Assembly: GCA_964356785.1 (NCBI GenBank)
Contig: CAYHIS010000001.1
Location: 144,998-208,997 of the forward strand
Length of the DNA stretch: 64,000 nt
Direction: 5' to 3'
From: an uncultured Rickettsiales bacterium
GTDB taxonomy: Bacteria > Pseudomonadota > Alphaproteobacteria > Rickettsiales > CANDYO01
A program made the translations under genes and the position numbers. The notes beneath the pieces are model-generated. The model was not told the origin of the DNA, searched no databases, and saw nothing but the letters and a program-made list of their open reading frames with translations. Shown piece by piece: positions 34,818-45,118 of the stretch (positions are counted from its first letter, which is position 1; every line of letters starts with the position of its first letter).

Positions 34818-35100
34818 TTTTTTCCTTTTTTATCTAAAAAATTAATAATTATATTATAAGAGTTGGAGCGATATTAGCCAAGAAAAAAATATGAAACTAT
34901 AGTTTAATAATTTTATTGGCAGCTCCAATCCTTAGTTATTATTAATATATTGAGGGCGAATATATTGCGTTATATTATTAAATCTGATAAAAATAGGTTA
35001 TGAAATTAACTTGTATCAAAATTAAGGTGGTTCGTATTAAAATCTAATAATTCAGCATTATTCAAATTTTACAGTTAATAACTATAGGGAGAATATTGTT

Positions 35101-36747
35101 ATGATAAAAGTAAATGAACAAGAGTTAGACACTCTATTAAGCAATAGCGGTCTGTTGTCATCAACGCCAGAATCTGTAGGGCGTTATAACAGTGTTGAAT
35201 TTAAAATTTTAGATGCCCTGGTGAGCGCAATTGGAAATCATAGTAATGTCTCTTTCAATAAAATTCTTGAGTTTTTATTTAAAAATAAAGAAGATACGAT
35301 TTTTAAAGATAATCTTGTAATGAAATCTTTATTTGATTTCTTAATATCGGTATTTCATTTTTATAAAGAAGATAAATTAGAAACAATCTGGTCCTTTAAC
35401 GATTTTATTTCTATACTTAGAAAATATGGATTTGATCCTTCTTCTATCAATGTTGATGAGCAGGATAGTATACAATTTCTTGCAAAATATGTAGCGCATA
35501 ATGACAGAATAGAAAAAATCAACTTTTTTGTTGAAAATGGCGCTGATTTAAATATTAAAGACAAGCATAATAATAATTTATTGCATCTACATGCCTCAAG
35601 TAATAATGATAATACAACTCTGACTAAATATTTAATAGAACATAAATTAGATATAGAATCTAAAAACTTGTGGGGCTACTCTCCATTTCACGTGGCTATA
35701 CAAAATAACAAAATAAACATTGTTAGATATTATATAGAGCATCATTTAGATAAACTTAGCTTCAAGGATATAGGTCCCTTTTCATTATCAATTTATCATC
35801 TTATTGCGCTTTCTAAAAACAAGGATATTTTATTATTACTTAATGATTTAAATGTAAATATACAGACTTCTATAAATGATCTTGCGGAGTTTAAGGTTCA
35901 TCCAATACATTTTGCAGCTATGTCTGAAAATATAGATTTTATAGATTATGCTTTTAAGTATTATAATGTTCCTTTGAATATAAGAGATACTCATGGAAGC
36001 ATCCCTCTACATTATGCTGCAAGATATCAAAAAATTAACGCCATTTCTCACTTAGAGAAGTTATCACCAAATATAAATACAACTAATTTATATGGTTTTA
36101 CAGCGTTACATAGTGCAATTCTGCATAATAATCTTTTATCTTTAATCTATTTGTTTGAACATAGCGCTATCATACCTAAAGATGTCTATGGAAATGATGC
36201 ATATACGATTGCTAAACTTGTCAATAATGTAGAAATTGATAGGGCGCTATTTTACTATAATACAAAATCTTCAGCTTCTTTTTTTCCTGATCCAGGTCCA
36301 TTACTATATACAAAATTAACTTATGATACTCGTAAAGCTATATGCGCTGAACAGATCATAAATGGTATAAAATCAGCTATTGATAATAAGGATTCAGGAG
36401 TGTTAAGTATAATAAAATCACAAAACAATAACTCATCAGTAATTGAGTCAATAATCTCAGAGCTACGTGAAAAAGCAATTAAATCAGCAGTCTCTAGTAC
36501 TTCTTCAGCTTTATATAATATTGTTTGTAAAAATATAAATGAGATCTCTCTATATAATCACCCTCTATACATGAGCTACTACACCATAAGTAATGTCACA
36601 GATAAAATCTCTTGTAAATATAATTATTCTATAGTAAAAGAAACCAATAGTAGCGATGCGATTTGTATTCGCGAGGTCATCGGGCTTGAAGCTTATTATG
36701 AATTGTTAAGGACTCACTGGGGGAATGCATGTCTCATGTTGATTTAA
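35101..36747 (+). CDS. Ankyrin-repeat protein (548 aa)
   Basis: Repeated ANK consensus elements: NGADLNIKDKHNNNLLHLHA, GYSPFHVAIQNNKINIVRYYI, HPIHFAAMSENIDFIDYAF, GSIPLHYAARYQKINAISHL, GFTALHSAILHNNLLSLIYL. Non-ANK N- and C-terminal regions. Confidence 0.85.
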   Translation: MIKVNEQELDTLLSNSGLLSSTPESVGRYNSVEFKILDALVSAIGNHSNVSFNKILEFLFKNKEDTIFKDNLVMKSLFDFLISVFHFYKEDKLETIWSFNDFISILRKYGFDPSSINVDEQDSIQFLAKYVAHNDRIEKINFFVENGADLNIKDKHNNNLLHLHASSNNDNTTLTKYLIEHKLDIESKNLWGYSPFHVAIQNNKINIVRYYIEHHLDKLSFKDIGPFSLSIYHLIALSKNKDILLLLNDLNVNIQTSINDLAEFKVHPIHFAAMSENIDFIDYAFKYYNVPLNIRDTHGSIPLHYAARYQKINAISHLEKLSPNINTTNLYGFTALHSAILHNNLLSLIYLFEHSAIIPKDVYGNDAYTIAKLVNNVEIDRALFYYNTKSSASFFPDPGPLLYTKLTYDTRKAICAEQIINGIKSAIDNKDSGVLSIIKSQNNNSSVIESIISELREKAIKSAVSSTSSALYNIVCKNINEISLYNHPLYMSYYTISNVTDKISCKYNYSIVKETNSSDAICIREVIGLEAYYELLRTHWGNACLMLI

Positions 36748-37613
36748 AAAAAATATCTGAAGTTTTAGCTACTATAGTAACTAATAAAATAGCTGTTTTC
36801 TTAATTGGAGCTGGAGGGGTTGCAGGGGTATATTTACATGGAAATGCCGCCTCTCTTTTAGTAAGAGATATCGTCCTTACAGTATTTAAAACTACTTTGT
36901 CTGGAGTGATTCCGGCGTACATTGGTAGCAAAATTAATCTCAAGGGCTACACAGGAAGGAAAGAAATAGAGGATTTAGAGAAATTAGTTGTATATAAACA
37001 AAAAGAAGCAATGGATGCTATTGTTGAGTTTCATAAGCATTATCCTATAAAGTGGCTGTATATGGTGCAATCACCGGCTAGATGTCTAGATCATGAAGAA
37101 AATGGAGATAAGCTGCCTGGACAAAAAGAAGAGGTAAGAACATATAGCGACAATAATAGTACTTGGTATATTTGTTTTAGAGCTGAGCCTACTCCTAAGG
37201 AGATTATCGATGGATTTACTGGGGTTAATCTAGAAAAATCGCTTGTTATTACAGCCACTAGCACATTACTTGGCGCCGCAGCTTACGCACTTATAACAAA
37301 TTATTTTCCTACTATTTCTGTTGCAATAAAAATTGGTTTAAGTTTAGGAACTCTTTATGGATCTTGGGATTTTATTGAAAATTCATGGCCAATGCATCAT
37401 GTTATAGATTTTGAGCAGCTTTACGCTAATAAATATATAGAAGAACATAAGCATGAAAAGGATTTATACTTAGCCCAAGCACCAGGATCATGCAGTAAAA
37501 AAGATTTAGCTGCTGAATATTTTAATGATGACAATCATATATTAAAATGGACTGTTTGTGAGATAGTTGGAAGCTCTGCTAATGTTTGTGATAATACTGA
37601 GATTTGTAACTAA
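36729..37613 (+). CDS. 294-aa hypothetical membrane protein with an internal two-fold repeat; overlaps the ankyrin gene by 19 nt
   Basis: Two hydrophobic regions, each followed by a similar Cys-containing module (EFHKHYPIKWLYMVQSPARC... vs EEHKHEKDLYLAQAPGSC...). GGGGA upstream of the ATG. No family recognised. Confidence 0.55.
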   Translation: MSHVDLKKISEVLATIVTNKIAVFLIGAGGVAGVYLHGNAASLLVRDIVLTVFKTTLSGVIPAYIGSKINLKGYTGRKEIEDLEKLVVYKQKEAMDAIVEFHKHYPIKWLYMVQSPARCLDHEENGDKLPGQKEEVRTYSDNNSTWYICFRAEPTPKEIIDGFTGVNLEKSLVITATSTLLGAAAYALITNYFPTISVAIKIGLSLGTLYGSWDFIENSWPMHHVIDFEQLYANKYIEEHKHEKDLYLAQAPGSCSKKDLAAEYFNDDNHILKWTVCEIVGSSANVCDNTEICN

Positions 37614-37637
37614 AATAATTGGTAGAGTTAACTTTTT

Positions 37638-38441
37638 ATGGCCCTCTCATTTCCTGATATAAATCCTGTTTTATTACAATTTGGAGAAACCCCTTTTAAA
37701 ATAACTTGGTATTCTTTGTCCTATGTAGTTGGAATTATACTTGGTTGGATATATGTGAAGCATATAAATAAAATTGGCTCTGTTCAGCCTCCAATTAAAG
37801 ATAAATCAATAGACGATCTTATTACCGCATTAATTCTAGGTATTATATTAGGAGGAAGACTAGGATATGTATTATTCTATGATCTCGATTATAATTTATC
37901 AAATCCAGCTAATATAATTAAAACTTGGGAAGGCGGGATGTCTTTCCATGGAGGATTGCTAGGAGTAATCATAGCTATATTTATTTATTGCAAAATTAAT
38001 AAGCTCAAGTTTTTTAAAATCATGGATCTCTTAGCCTGCGCAACACCAATAGGTTTATGTTTTGGCAGAATCGCTAATTTTATAAATGCTGAATTATATG
38101 GAAGATACACCAATAGCTCTTTAGGAGTGATTTTTCCAGGGGACGTAACAGCAAGACATGCTAGTCAATTATATGAATCTGCGCTAGAAGGTGTTTTATT
38201 ATTTATAATATTATACTTACTCTATACTAGAACAAAGATTCAGCAATATTGTGGCATGCTATCAGGCTTCTTTTTACTATTTTACGCAATGTTTCGAACT
38301 ATATTAGAAAATTTTCGTGAACCAGATGCTCATATTGGGTTTGTTTTTTTTGAATATACTATGGGACAATTGCTTTCCCTTCCAATGATAATTGCTGGAC
38401 TAATAATAATATTTTATAGTTTAAAGACTCATAAAAAATGA
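37638..38441 (+). CDS. lgt: Prolipoprotein diacylglyceryl transferase
   Basis: Conserved Lgt motifs WYSLSYVVG, GGRLGYVLFY, GGMSFHGGLLG and GRIANFINAELYG. Confidence 0.92.
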   Translation: MALSFPDINPVLLQFGETPFKITWYSLSYVVGIILGWIYVKHINKIGSVQPPIKDKSIDDLITALILGIILGGRLGYVLFYDLDYNLSNPANIIKTWEGGMSFHGGLLGVIIAIFIYCKINKLKFFKIMDLLACATPIGLCFGRIANFINAELYGRYTNSSLGVIFPGDVTARHASQLYESALEGVLLFIILYLLYTRTKIQQYCGMLSGFFLLFYAMFRTILENFREPDAHIGFVFFEYTMGQLLSLPMIIAGLIIIFYSLKTHKK

Positions 38442-39505
38442 AACATATTAGGCAAATAATCGAAGAGAAAGGTTCCATCACTATAGCGCAATTTATGGAA
38501 CTTGCAATGTATGACTTACATAATGGTTATTATATAACATCTGATCCAATTGGAAAAAATGGAGATTTTATTACCGCGCCAGAGATAAGCCAATTATTTG
38601 GAGAAATGATTGGTGTATATTGCGCTAGCGTTTGGGAGAAACTTAGAAAACCAAAAGAATTTAATTTAGTGGAACTGGGACCTGGCAGGGCCACTTTAAT
38701 GCTAGACTTAATTAGAGCTACAAAAAATTTAAAAGAATTTACTAATGGAATGAATATTCATTTAGTTGAAACAAATGAGAAATTAATTCATCTACAAAAG
38801 GAAAAATTAGCAAATTACCCAGTAACTTGGCATAAAGATGTTATGAGCTTGCCAGATGATCTTCCATTAATTATAGTTGCTAATGAATTTTTCGATTGCT
38901 TACCAATAAATCAATATATAAAAGATCAAAATATTTGGCATGAACAAGCAGTTTCAATTATTCCTAAAAGCGAAGAATTTTGTTTGATTAAAACTCCTAT
39001 TTTATCCCATTTTGGTGCAAGCTTAAATCGCGAACATCCAAATTCTAAGCAAGGCGCCATTTTAGAAGTAAGTTACCCTGCTATAAATATAATTCAAACT
39101 ATTTCTAATATCCTTTGTAAAGTTCCAGGATATTTATTAGCCATAGATTATGGATATGATATAGATCCTTTATCCAGAAACAGCTATAATTCTAGCTTAC
39201 AAGCTGTTAAAGATCATAAATTTCATCCAATGTTTAGCGATATTGGAAGAGCTGATCTCACTTCTCATGTTGATTTTCTTGCTTTAAGACAAACAGCAAA
39301 GGCTCATTTTTGTAAAGCTTCTGAAACCATCTCCCAAAGAGAGTTTTTAAATTATCAAGGAATAAACTTAAGAGCGGATATACTAAAGAAAAAAGCAACC
39401 ATTCAGCAAGCCATAGAAATTGATGAGGGATTAGATAGACTAATAAACCCTAAATATATGGGCAATCTTTTTAAAGTGGTAGAAATTAGTAACTTAAATA
39501 GTTAA
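38438..39505 (+). CDS. Class I SAM-dependent methyltransferase, NDUFAF7/MidA (DUF185) family
   Basis: GDFITAPEISQLFGEMIG and ELGPGRATLM motifs, ANEFFDCLPI, and C-terminal MGNLFKV, all typical of the MidA family. Confidence 0.8.
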   Translation: MKHIRQIIEEKGSITIAQFMELAMYDLHNGYYITSDPIGKNGDFITAPEISQLFGEMIGVYCASVWEKLRKPKEFNLVELGPGRATLMLDLIRATKNLKEFTNGMNIHLVETNEKLIHLQKEKLANYPVTWHKDVMSLPDDLPLIIVANEFFDCLPINQYIKDQNIWHEQAVSIIPKSEEFCLIKTPILSHFGASLNREHPNSKQGAILEVSYPAINIIQTISNILCKVPGYLLAIDYGYDIDPLSRNSYNSSLQAVKDHKFHPMFSDIGRADLTSHVDFLALRQTAKAHFCKASETISQREFLNYQGINLRADILKKKATIQQAIEIDEGLDRLINPKYMGNLFKVVEISNLNS

Positions 39506-40377
39506 TTAAATACACTCATAATTGTGTTTTTAATTTTATGATAATAGTTTGCTAATACTGTATTAATAGTTTCTAATTTTGTTTCTCTATCATATTTAGT
39601 TAGTTTGGATATAGCTGTAGGACCGCTTTCTTCAATGGGAAGAATAACCGGAGGAGGAGGTGGTGTAATGTTATTTACCACAACAGGCTCCACAGGAGCT
39701 GGAGCGGCCACCGGCTCTGGTATGTTCGGAGCTATAGGTTGAGCAGGCGTATTAGCTACATTATTTTGCACTGGAGATATAACGCTAGGGTTGACAGCTG
39801 TGAAATCTTTTACTTGATTCTCTTCTAATTTTTGTTGAATAATTTTTGTTTCCTTAGCGACTTCAACAGGAGTTACAGTTTTTGGAGCAGTCTTTGCAAT
39901 TTTTTGGGCGGGATCTTTTTGCTTAGGCGCGTTTTTAACAACTTTCTTTTGAGTTTTAGCTTTATTATATTTTATGACTTCTTTTAAATCGCAATTCTCA
40001 TCTTCACAAGTCACTTTTTCTATATTCTGAGGTTTTTTATCTTTACGCGTTTTCTTAGCATACTGATTATCCATTATATCATTTAATTCTTGGATATTTA
40101 AAACTGGACGACGTCTTACTTGTTTTAAATCAGATAATCTTACTGGAGCATCATTAGATTCATATTCTTGATAAGCGTCAAAATCACTATTATATTTTTT
40201 AGGAGGAGTAGAAAATCTATTAGAAGAAACAGTGTTATTTTGATCATTTTCTCCAGGATTTTGACTAGGAGCTCTACGTGTAACAGCAGAAGTATCATTG
40301 CTGTAGCACCCTTGAAGAGCAAACGCAAATGTAATGATCAATATTTTAGAGCAAATACTGAGAGTGATTTTATTCAT
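39502..40377 (-). CDS. Pro/Lys-rich putative lipoprotein
   Basis: Signal peptide ending in the lipobox-like LQGC. Low-complexity K-rich and P-rich (PPPPPVILP) regions. No family recognised. Confidence 0.5.
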   Translation of the reverse strand: MNKITLSICSKILIITFAFALQGCYSNDTSAVTRRAPSQNPGENDQNNTVSSNRFSTPPKKYNSDFDAYQEYESNDAPVRLSDLKQVRRRPVLNIQELNDIMDNQYAKKTRKDKKPQNIEKVTCEDENCDLKEVIKYNKAKTQKKVVKNAPKQKDPAQKIAKTAPKTVTPVEVAKETKIIQQKLEENQVKDFTAVNPSVISPVQNNVANTPAQPIAPNIPEPVAAPAPVEPVVVNNITPPPPPVILPIEESGPTAISKLTKYDRETKLETINTVLANYYHKIKNTIMSVFN

Positions 40378-40497
40378 AGTTCCTAGCTAAAAAAGCTTAA
40401 TTTCTAAGGATAAGAGTAAAAGAATAAAGTTAATAAAATATTAAAACTCAAACTCTTTCCTCTTCTGATCTTAAAAATGGAGCTAGCAAATTTGATA

Positions 40498-42192
40498 TTA
40501 ATTATTTCTTAAGCTAGATAAAAATTTATTCACTTCATCTTGCAATGCACTTACCTGTTTAAGAAGATCATCGGTTGCAATAGCCATTTGTTCTGTAGCA
40601 GTTCCAGAATGAATTGTTGACTGCCCAACTTTCTCAATATTTTTATTGATAGAATTTGAAAAGGATGCAACTTGCGCCATACTTTCGGCAATATAAGCAG
40701 AAGTAGCATTTTGCTCTTCTACGGCAGAAGCTATGGAGGCAGTAGTTTGATGAATTGTCTTAACCGATTCAGTAATGCCTTGAATCGATGATACAGCTTG
40801 CTCTGTTGAGGACTGAATACCAGAGATTTGAATATTTATTTGTTCTGTAGCTTTAGAGGTTTGTGTTGCCAGAGCTTTAACCTCATTTGCAACAACAGCG
40901 AATCCCTTACCCATCTCACCTGCTCTTGCGGCTTCAATCGTGGCATTAAGCGCTAATAAATCTATTTGAGATGTGATATTATTAATAATATCAATAATTC
41001 CTGTAATAGCTTTAGCTTTGCTTTCTAACTCTAATACTACTGAGTTAACTTTCTCTGTCTGCTCGGACGCTTTTCTAACATGCTCTCTTGAATTAGTTAT
41101 TTGTGTAGTAATTTCACCTATTGCACCAGAAAACTCGTTTGTGGCCTTTGAAACACCTTGCAGATTATTATTACCTTGAATAAATGTAGTAGAAAGCTGT
41201 TGAATTTCCTCTGAAGCTTTTGAAGAATCTACTTCCAACTCTTTAGCGGTAGCTTCCATCTCAGCTGTGGCAGCTGCTACCATATCAACAATCATTTTCA
41301 CTGTTTTTTCAAAGTTATCAGCAAAACCTAATATTTCCTTGCGCTTCTCTTCCGCAGATATAGCAGCTTGCTTTTGCGCCTGTTCTTCAAGTTCTTTATT
41401 TTTTATAAGACTCTTCCTGAATATGTCTAACGATCTGGCCATTATTCCAATTTCATCAGATCTATTCTCACCTTCAATTACAGTACTGAGATCCCCTGAA
41501 CTCACCTGTTCCATATTAGTAGATAAAGATAATAGAGCTTTGATAACATTTTTTTCAAGCAAAACTAATAGAGTTATACAAATCATTAGTATAATAATTA
41601 ACATTGGCTTCATATTGTTAATGGTACTTGCAATATATCCGGCTAAATCATTATTAGCAATTTTTTCTAAATACCGAATATCTTCAGATACTTTTTCTAA
41701 ATCTTTCATTAATTTAGTGAATTCATTAGCACTTTGATTATTATAGATTGCGCTAGATTTATTAATTGATCCAATATTTTCAGAAGAATTATACTGTTTT
41801 GAAGCTGAAAGCAATTGCTGATTTATTAAGAAATATTCTTTTATATCTTCTTGAATTTCCTCCATATCCTCCATCACTTTATCAGATAATTTCATAGAAG
41901 TTAGTTTATTGACCTCATCAAACAATTTATCTTTTACACGCAACATATCTTGCTCTTTAGAGTTCATAGCGTCAGATGAGGTGGACAATAAGTGAGAGGA
42001 CTCAAGTAGCCTAAACTCTGTCATATTTTTATTAATTTGGGTTATGGCTTCCGATGCTGGAATATAAAGAGTGTCAAGAAGAACGTTATCTTTATCTATT
42101 TTGTGTAAATTATACTTAGTATATAAAGATATTCCCACTATTATTAGGATAAACCCTAAGAATAACAAACGTAATTTATGTTTTATAGTCAT
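40498..42192 (-). CDS. Methyl-accepting chemotaxis protein
   Basis: N-terminal TM, periplasmic helical sensor region, second TM, HAMP domain, and the highly conserved MCP signalling hairpin [32 protein letters not shown]. Confidence 0.9.
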   Translation of the reverse strand: MTIKHKLRLLFLGFILIIVGISLYTKYNLHKIDKDNVLLDTLYIPASEAITQINKNMTEFRLLESSHLLSTSSDAMNSKEQDMLRVKDKLFDEVNKLTSMKLSDKVMEDMEEIQEDIKEYFLINQQLLSASKQYNSSENIGSINKSSAIYNNQSANEFTKLMKDLEKVSEDIRYLEKIANNDLAGYIASTINNMKPMLIIILMICITLLVLLEKNVIKALLSLSTNMEQVSSGDLSTVIEGENRSDEIGIMARSLDIFRKSLIKNKELEEQAQKQAAISAEEKRKEILGFADNFEKTVKMIVDMVAAATAEMEATAKELEVDSSKASEEIQQLSTTFIQGNNNLQGVSKATNEFSGAIGEITTQITNSREHVRKASEQTEKVNSVVLELESKAKAITGIIDIINNITSQIDLLALNATIEAARAGEMGKGFAVVANEVKALATQTSKATEQINIQISGIQSSTEQAVSSIQGITESVKTIHQTTASIASAVEEQNATSAYIAESMAQVASFSNSINKNIEKVGQSTIHSGTATEQMAIATDDLLKQVSALQDEVNKFLSSLRNN

Positions 42193-42244
42193 ATGGACTC
42201 ACCCCTTAAAAAATCTCTTAAGAGAAATTATATAAGACAAAAGT

Positions 42245-43609
42245 TTATAATTTATTAATTCGCCAAGAACTTGTTCCATCCGGTTTATCTTCAAGAAGAA
42301 TAGCTTGCGCTCTTAACTCATCACGAATTTTATCAGCTAAAGCCCAATCTTTTTCTTGCTTAGCCTTGATACGCTGTTTAATTTTAGAATCTATTAACTC
42401 AATATCCATTTGCTCATTTATAAACCATTCTTTAGAAGATTTATTTAAAAAACCTATTAGATTTGCACAAGTTTTTAATTTTTTAGCAAACTCAGGATCC
42501 TTTGTTTTATTATATTGATGAGCGTAATCATGAAGAATCGCAAAACTTTGCGGTGTATTTAGATCATCTAATAAACTATTCATAAATTCTTCCGTAGGCC
42601 TTGGATTTACTCCATCCGCTTCTTGGATGATTCTATAAAAACTATTTAGCGCCTTAGTTGCGTCACTTAAAGCTTTTTCATTCCAGTCTAAAGGTTTTCT
42701 ATAGTGGGATGCAAGCAGAACGTATCTTATGGCTTCTCCATCAATGCCTTTTTTTAAGAGTTCATCAATAGTAACAAAATTACCTAAAGACTTACTCATT
42801 TTTTCACCATTAACTGTTAAGAATCCATTATGCACCCAAAATTTGGCATATTTACTACCAGGATTTGCACAGCAGCTTTGTGCAATTTCATTTGTATGAT
42901 GAGGAAAGATTAAATCCACCCCTCCACCATGAATGTCAAAATCATCACCTAAATATTTACTACTCATTGCAGAACATTCAATATGCCAACCTGGTCTTCC
43001 TTCGCCATAAGGACTAGGAAAGCTCCCAACTTCCCCAGGCGCCGGCTTCCAAAGAACAAAATCTTCTGGATTTTCTTTTTCTTCTGCCACCTCTACTCTG
43101 GCACCAGCGACTAACTCATCTAAATGACGACCAGATAAATTAGAATATTCAGCAAATTTACGCACTCTAAAATAAATATGATTATTTTTCTCATACGCAA
43201 AATCATTTGCTATTAATTTTTGAATAATTATTAGCATTTCTTCTATATGTTCAGTAGCTTTAGGTTCAAAATTAGGATTTAAACAATTAAGCTTAAACAT
43301 ATTATCATGAAATATTTCAGTGATTTTTTTTGTTAATTCATCAATAGTAATATTTTGCTCTTTAGCAGCGTGAATAATTTTATCATCAACATCAGTAATA
43401 TTTCTGGCGTAGGTAACCTTCTCACCTCCATATACAAACTTTAATAATCTATATAGCACGTCATAAATAACTACAGCCAATGCATTTCCAAGATGCGGAT
43501 AATCATATACTGTGGGACCGCATACATACATTCTTATATTATTTGGATCGATTGGTATAAAAGTTTCTTTACGTTTTGCAAGACTATTGTATAGTTGTAG
43601 TTGTTTCAT
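42245..43609 (-). CDS. cysS: Cysteine--tRNA ligase
   Basis: Class I motifs PHLGN (HIGH) and KMSKS, plus WHIECS zinc/cysteine-binding region. Confidence 0.93.
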   Translation of the reverse strand: MKQLQLYNSLAKRKETFIPIDPNNIRMYVCGPTVYDYPHLGNALAVVIYDVLYRLLKFVYGGEKVTYARNITDVDDKIIHAAKEQNITIDELTKKITEIFHDNMFKLNCLNPNFEPKATEHIEEMLIIIQKLIANDFAYEKNNHIYFRVRKFAEYSNLSGRHLDELVAGARVEVAEEKENPEDFVLWKPAPGEVGSFPSPYGEGRPGWHIECSAMSSKYLGDDFDIHGGGVDLIFPHHTNEIAQSCCANPGSKYAKFWVHNGFLTVNGEKMSKSLGNFVTIDELLKKGIDGEAIRYVLLASHYRKPLDWNEKALSDATKALNSFYRIIQEADGVNPRPTEEFMNSLLDDLNTPQSFAILHDYAHQYNKTKDPEFAKKLKTCANLIGFLNKSSKEWFINEQMDIELIDSKIKQRIKAKQEKDWALADKIRDELRAQAILLEDKPDGTSSWRINKL

Positions 43610-43678
43610 AAGATTAATAATTTTTGGCTAGAATATAATTATTATTAAAAAGTAAATCAATAATAAAAGACTAAAAGC

Positions 43679-43999
43679 ATGGAATATTCAATTTTTACAA
43701 AACTGGCTTCAGAAGAAATTAGAACTATTTACGATATAGTAGAAAAGTCTTTATTAAATGGTGATTGCGACTTAATCAATGAAGTATTGTATATTTATAC
43801 AGATAAAGGAGACTATGTAATAAACCAACATGGGCCAACTTCTCAAATCTGGCTTTCCTCTCCTATAAGCAACGCAGGTTATTTTAACTATGATCCTAAG
43901 ACCAAAGAATGGTTGGATAAAAACAATAAGTCATTAAGAAAAAGATTAGAAGAGGATTTAATACCAAATCTATCCTATAACTGGGCATTTAGAATTTGA
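43679..43999 (+). CDS. cyaY: Frataxin-like iron donor CyaY; the last 12 codons and the stop lie inside repeat R2
   Basis: 106 aa with the pattern GDYVINQHGPTSQIWLSSPISNAGYFNYD typical of CyaY/frataxin. The tail IPNLSYNWAFRI is repeat-encoded. Confidence 0.8.
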   Translation: MEYSIFTKLASEEIRTIYDIVEKSLLNGDCDLINEVLYIYTDKGDYVINQHGPTSQIWLSSPISNAGYFNYDPKTKEWLDKNNKSLRKRLEEDLIPNLSYNWAFRI

Positions 44000-44122
44000 G
44001 ATTTGAGCATTATACGGAAATATAAAAAGCTGAGAATATCGGTTATATTTAATGCTTTTTTATTTTTGTAGAATGCCAAAAATCGAATTAGTAAATGCCC
44101 AGTTATAAGATAGATTTGGTAT
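43961..44122 (-). repeat. Palindromic interspersed repeat, family R2, full copy (about 162 bp), inverted relative to 32753-32915
   Basis: Arms ataccaaatctatcctataactgggcattta / taaatgcccagttataagatagatttggtat. Interior is the reverse complement of the copy at 32.8 kb with scattered substitutions. Sits between the convergent cyaY and nadA. Confidence 0.85.
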
Positions 44123-44132
44123 AAGTAGTATA

Positions 44133-45110
44133 TCAATTACTAATCAAAGATGATAGATCTAGCATTTTAAGAAGAGGTTTTTTACTTAAGGCTACAAGCT
44201 CTTTGGGTAAATGGATTGATGGCGATTTATTGATCATTGATAAATATAATTTCTCTAGTGTATTTAGCTTCATATATGGACAGCTATTACACAAAGAACA
44301 GCCCGATTCATTAATACCCGGAACATCATAGAATTTAGCATTAGGAGCTACCTTTCTCATTTCATGAAATATTCCTGGTTCTGTTAAAACTATAAATTCA
44401 TCATTTGGTTTTTTACCCACATAATTTATTAAAGATGAAGTGGAGCCTATATGCTCTGCGTAATTTAATATAACTTCAGGACATTCAGGATGCGCAATAA
44501 TATGCGCTTTAGGATGAAGAAGTCTAAGTTTCAGTAATTCTTTTTCAGAGAAGTTTTCATGGACCTGACACGTGCCATCCCATAATACCATATCCCTTCC
44601 TGTTATTTTATTTAGATATCTTCCTAAATGCTTATCTGGAGCAAAAATAATTTTTTGATTCAATGGAAGCTGATTTATAATAGTTGCGGCATTAGTAGAG
44701 GTTACTATTATATCAGACAAAGCTTTAATCTCTGCTGAGCAGTTAATATAAGTAAGCGCTATATGATCTGGATAAAGCCTTCTAAAATCTGCAAATTCTT
44801 TTGGTTGACAGGAGGTTTCTAATGAACAGCCCGCTTCTAAGTCAGGTAGTAAAACTAATTTATCGGGATTTAAAATAAAAGCTGTTTCTGCCATAAATTT
44901 TACACCACAAAATACAATTACGTCTGCATCAGTTGCAGCAGCTTTACGCGATAGGTCTAAAGAATCACCAACAAAATCAGCAATTTCTTGAATTTCATCA
45001 TCTTGATAATAATGACTTAAGATTACGGCATTCAATTCTTTCCGTAATTTATTAATTTCATTTACAAGATCCAGATTAGGATCAATATCTTTAGTCGTTA
45101 AATATTTCAT
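44133..45110 (-). CDS. nadA: Quinolinate synthase A
   Basis: Typical NadA N-terminus (ILSHYYQDDEIQEIADFVGDSL), Fe-S cysteines and HPECP motif. Confidence 0.9.
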   Translation of the reverse strand: MKYLTTKDIDPNLDLVNEINKLRKELNAVILSHYYQDDEIQEIADFVGDSLDLSRKAAATDADVIVFCGVKFMAETAFILNPDKLVLLPDLEAGCSLETSCQPKEFADFRRLYPDHIALTYINCSAEIKALSDIIVTSTNAATIINQLPLNQKIIFAPDKHLGRYLNKITGRDMVLWDGTCQVHENFSEKELLKLRLLHPKAHIIAHPECPEVILNYAEHIGSTSSLINYVGKKPNDEFIVLTEPGIFHEMRKVAPNAKFYDVPGINESGCSLCNSCPYMKLNTLEKLYLSMINKSPSIHLPKELVALSKKPLLKMLDLSSLISN

Positions 45111-45118
45111 AATATATT

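Noticed and set aside
34860-34935. Inverted repeat gttggagc ... gctccaa upstream of the ankyrin gene
   Set aside because: The arms are only about 7 bp, separated by roughly 50 nt, which is compatible with chance.
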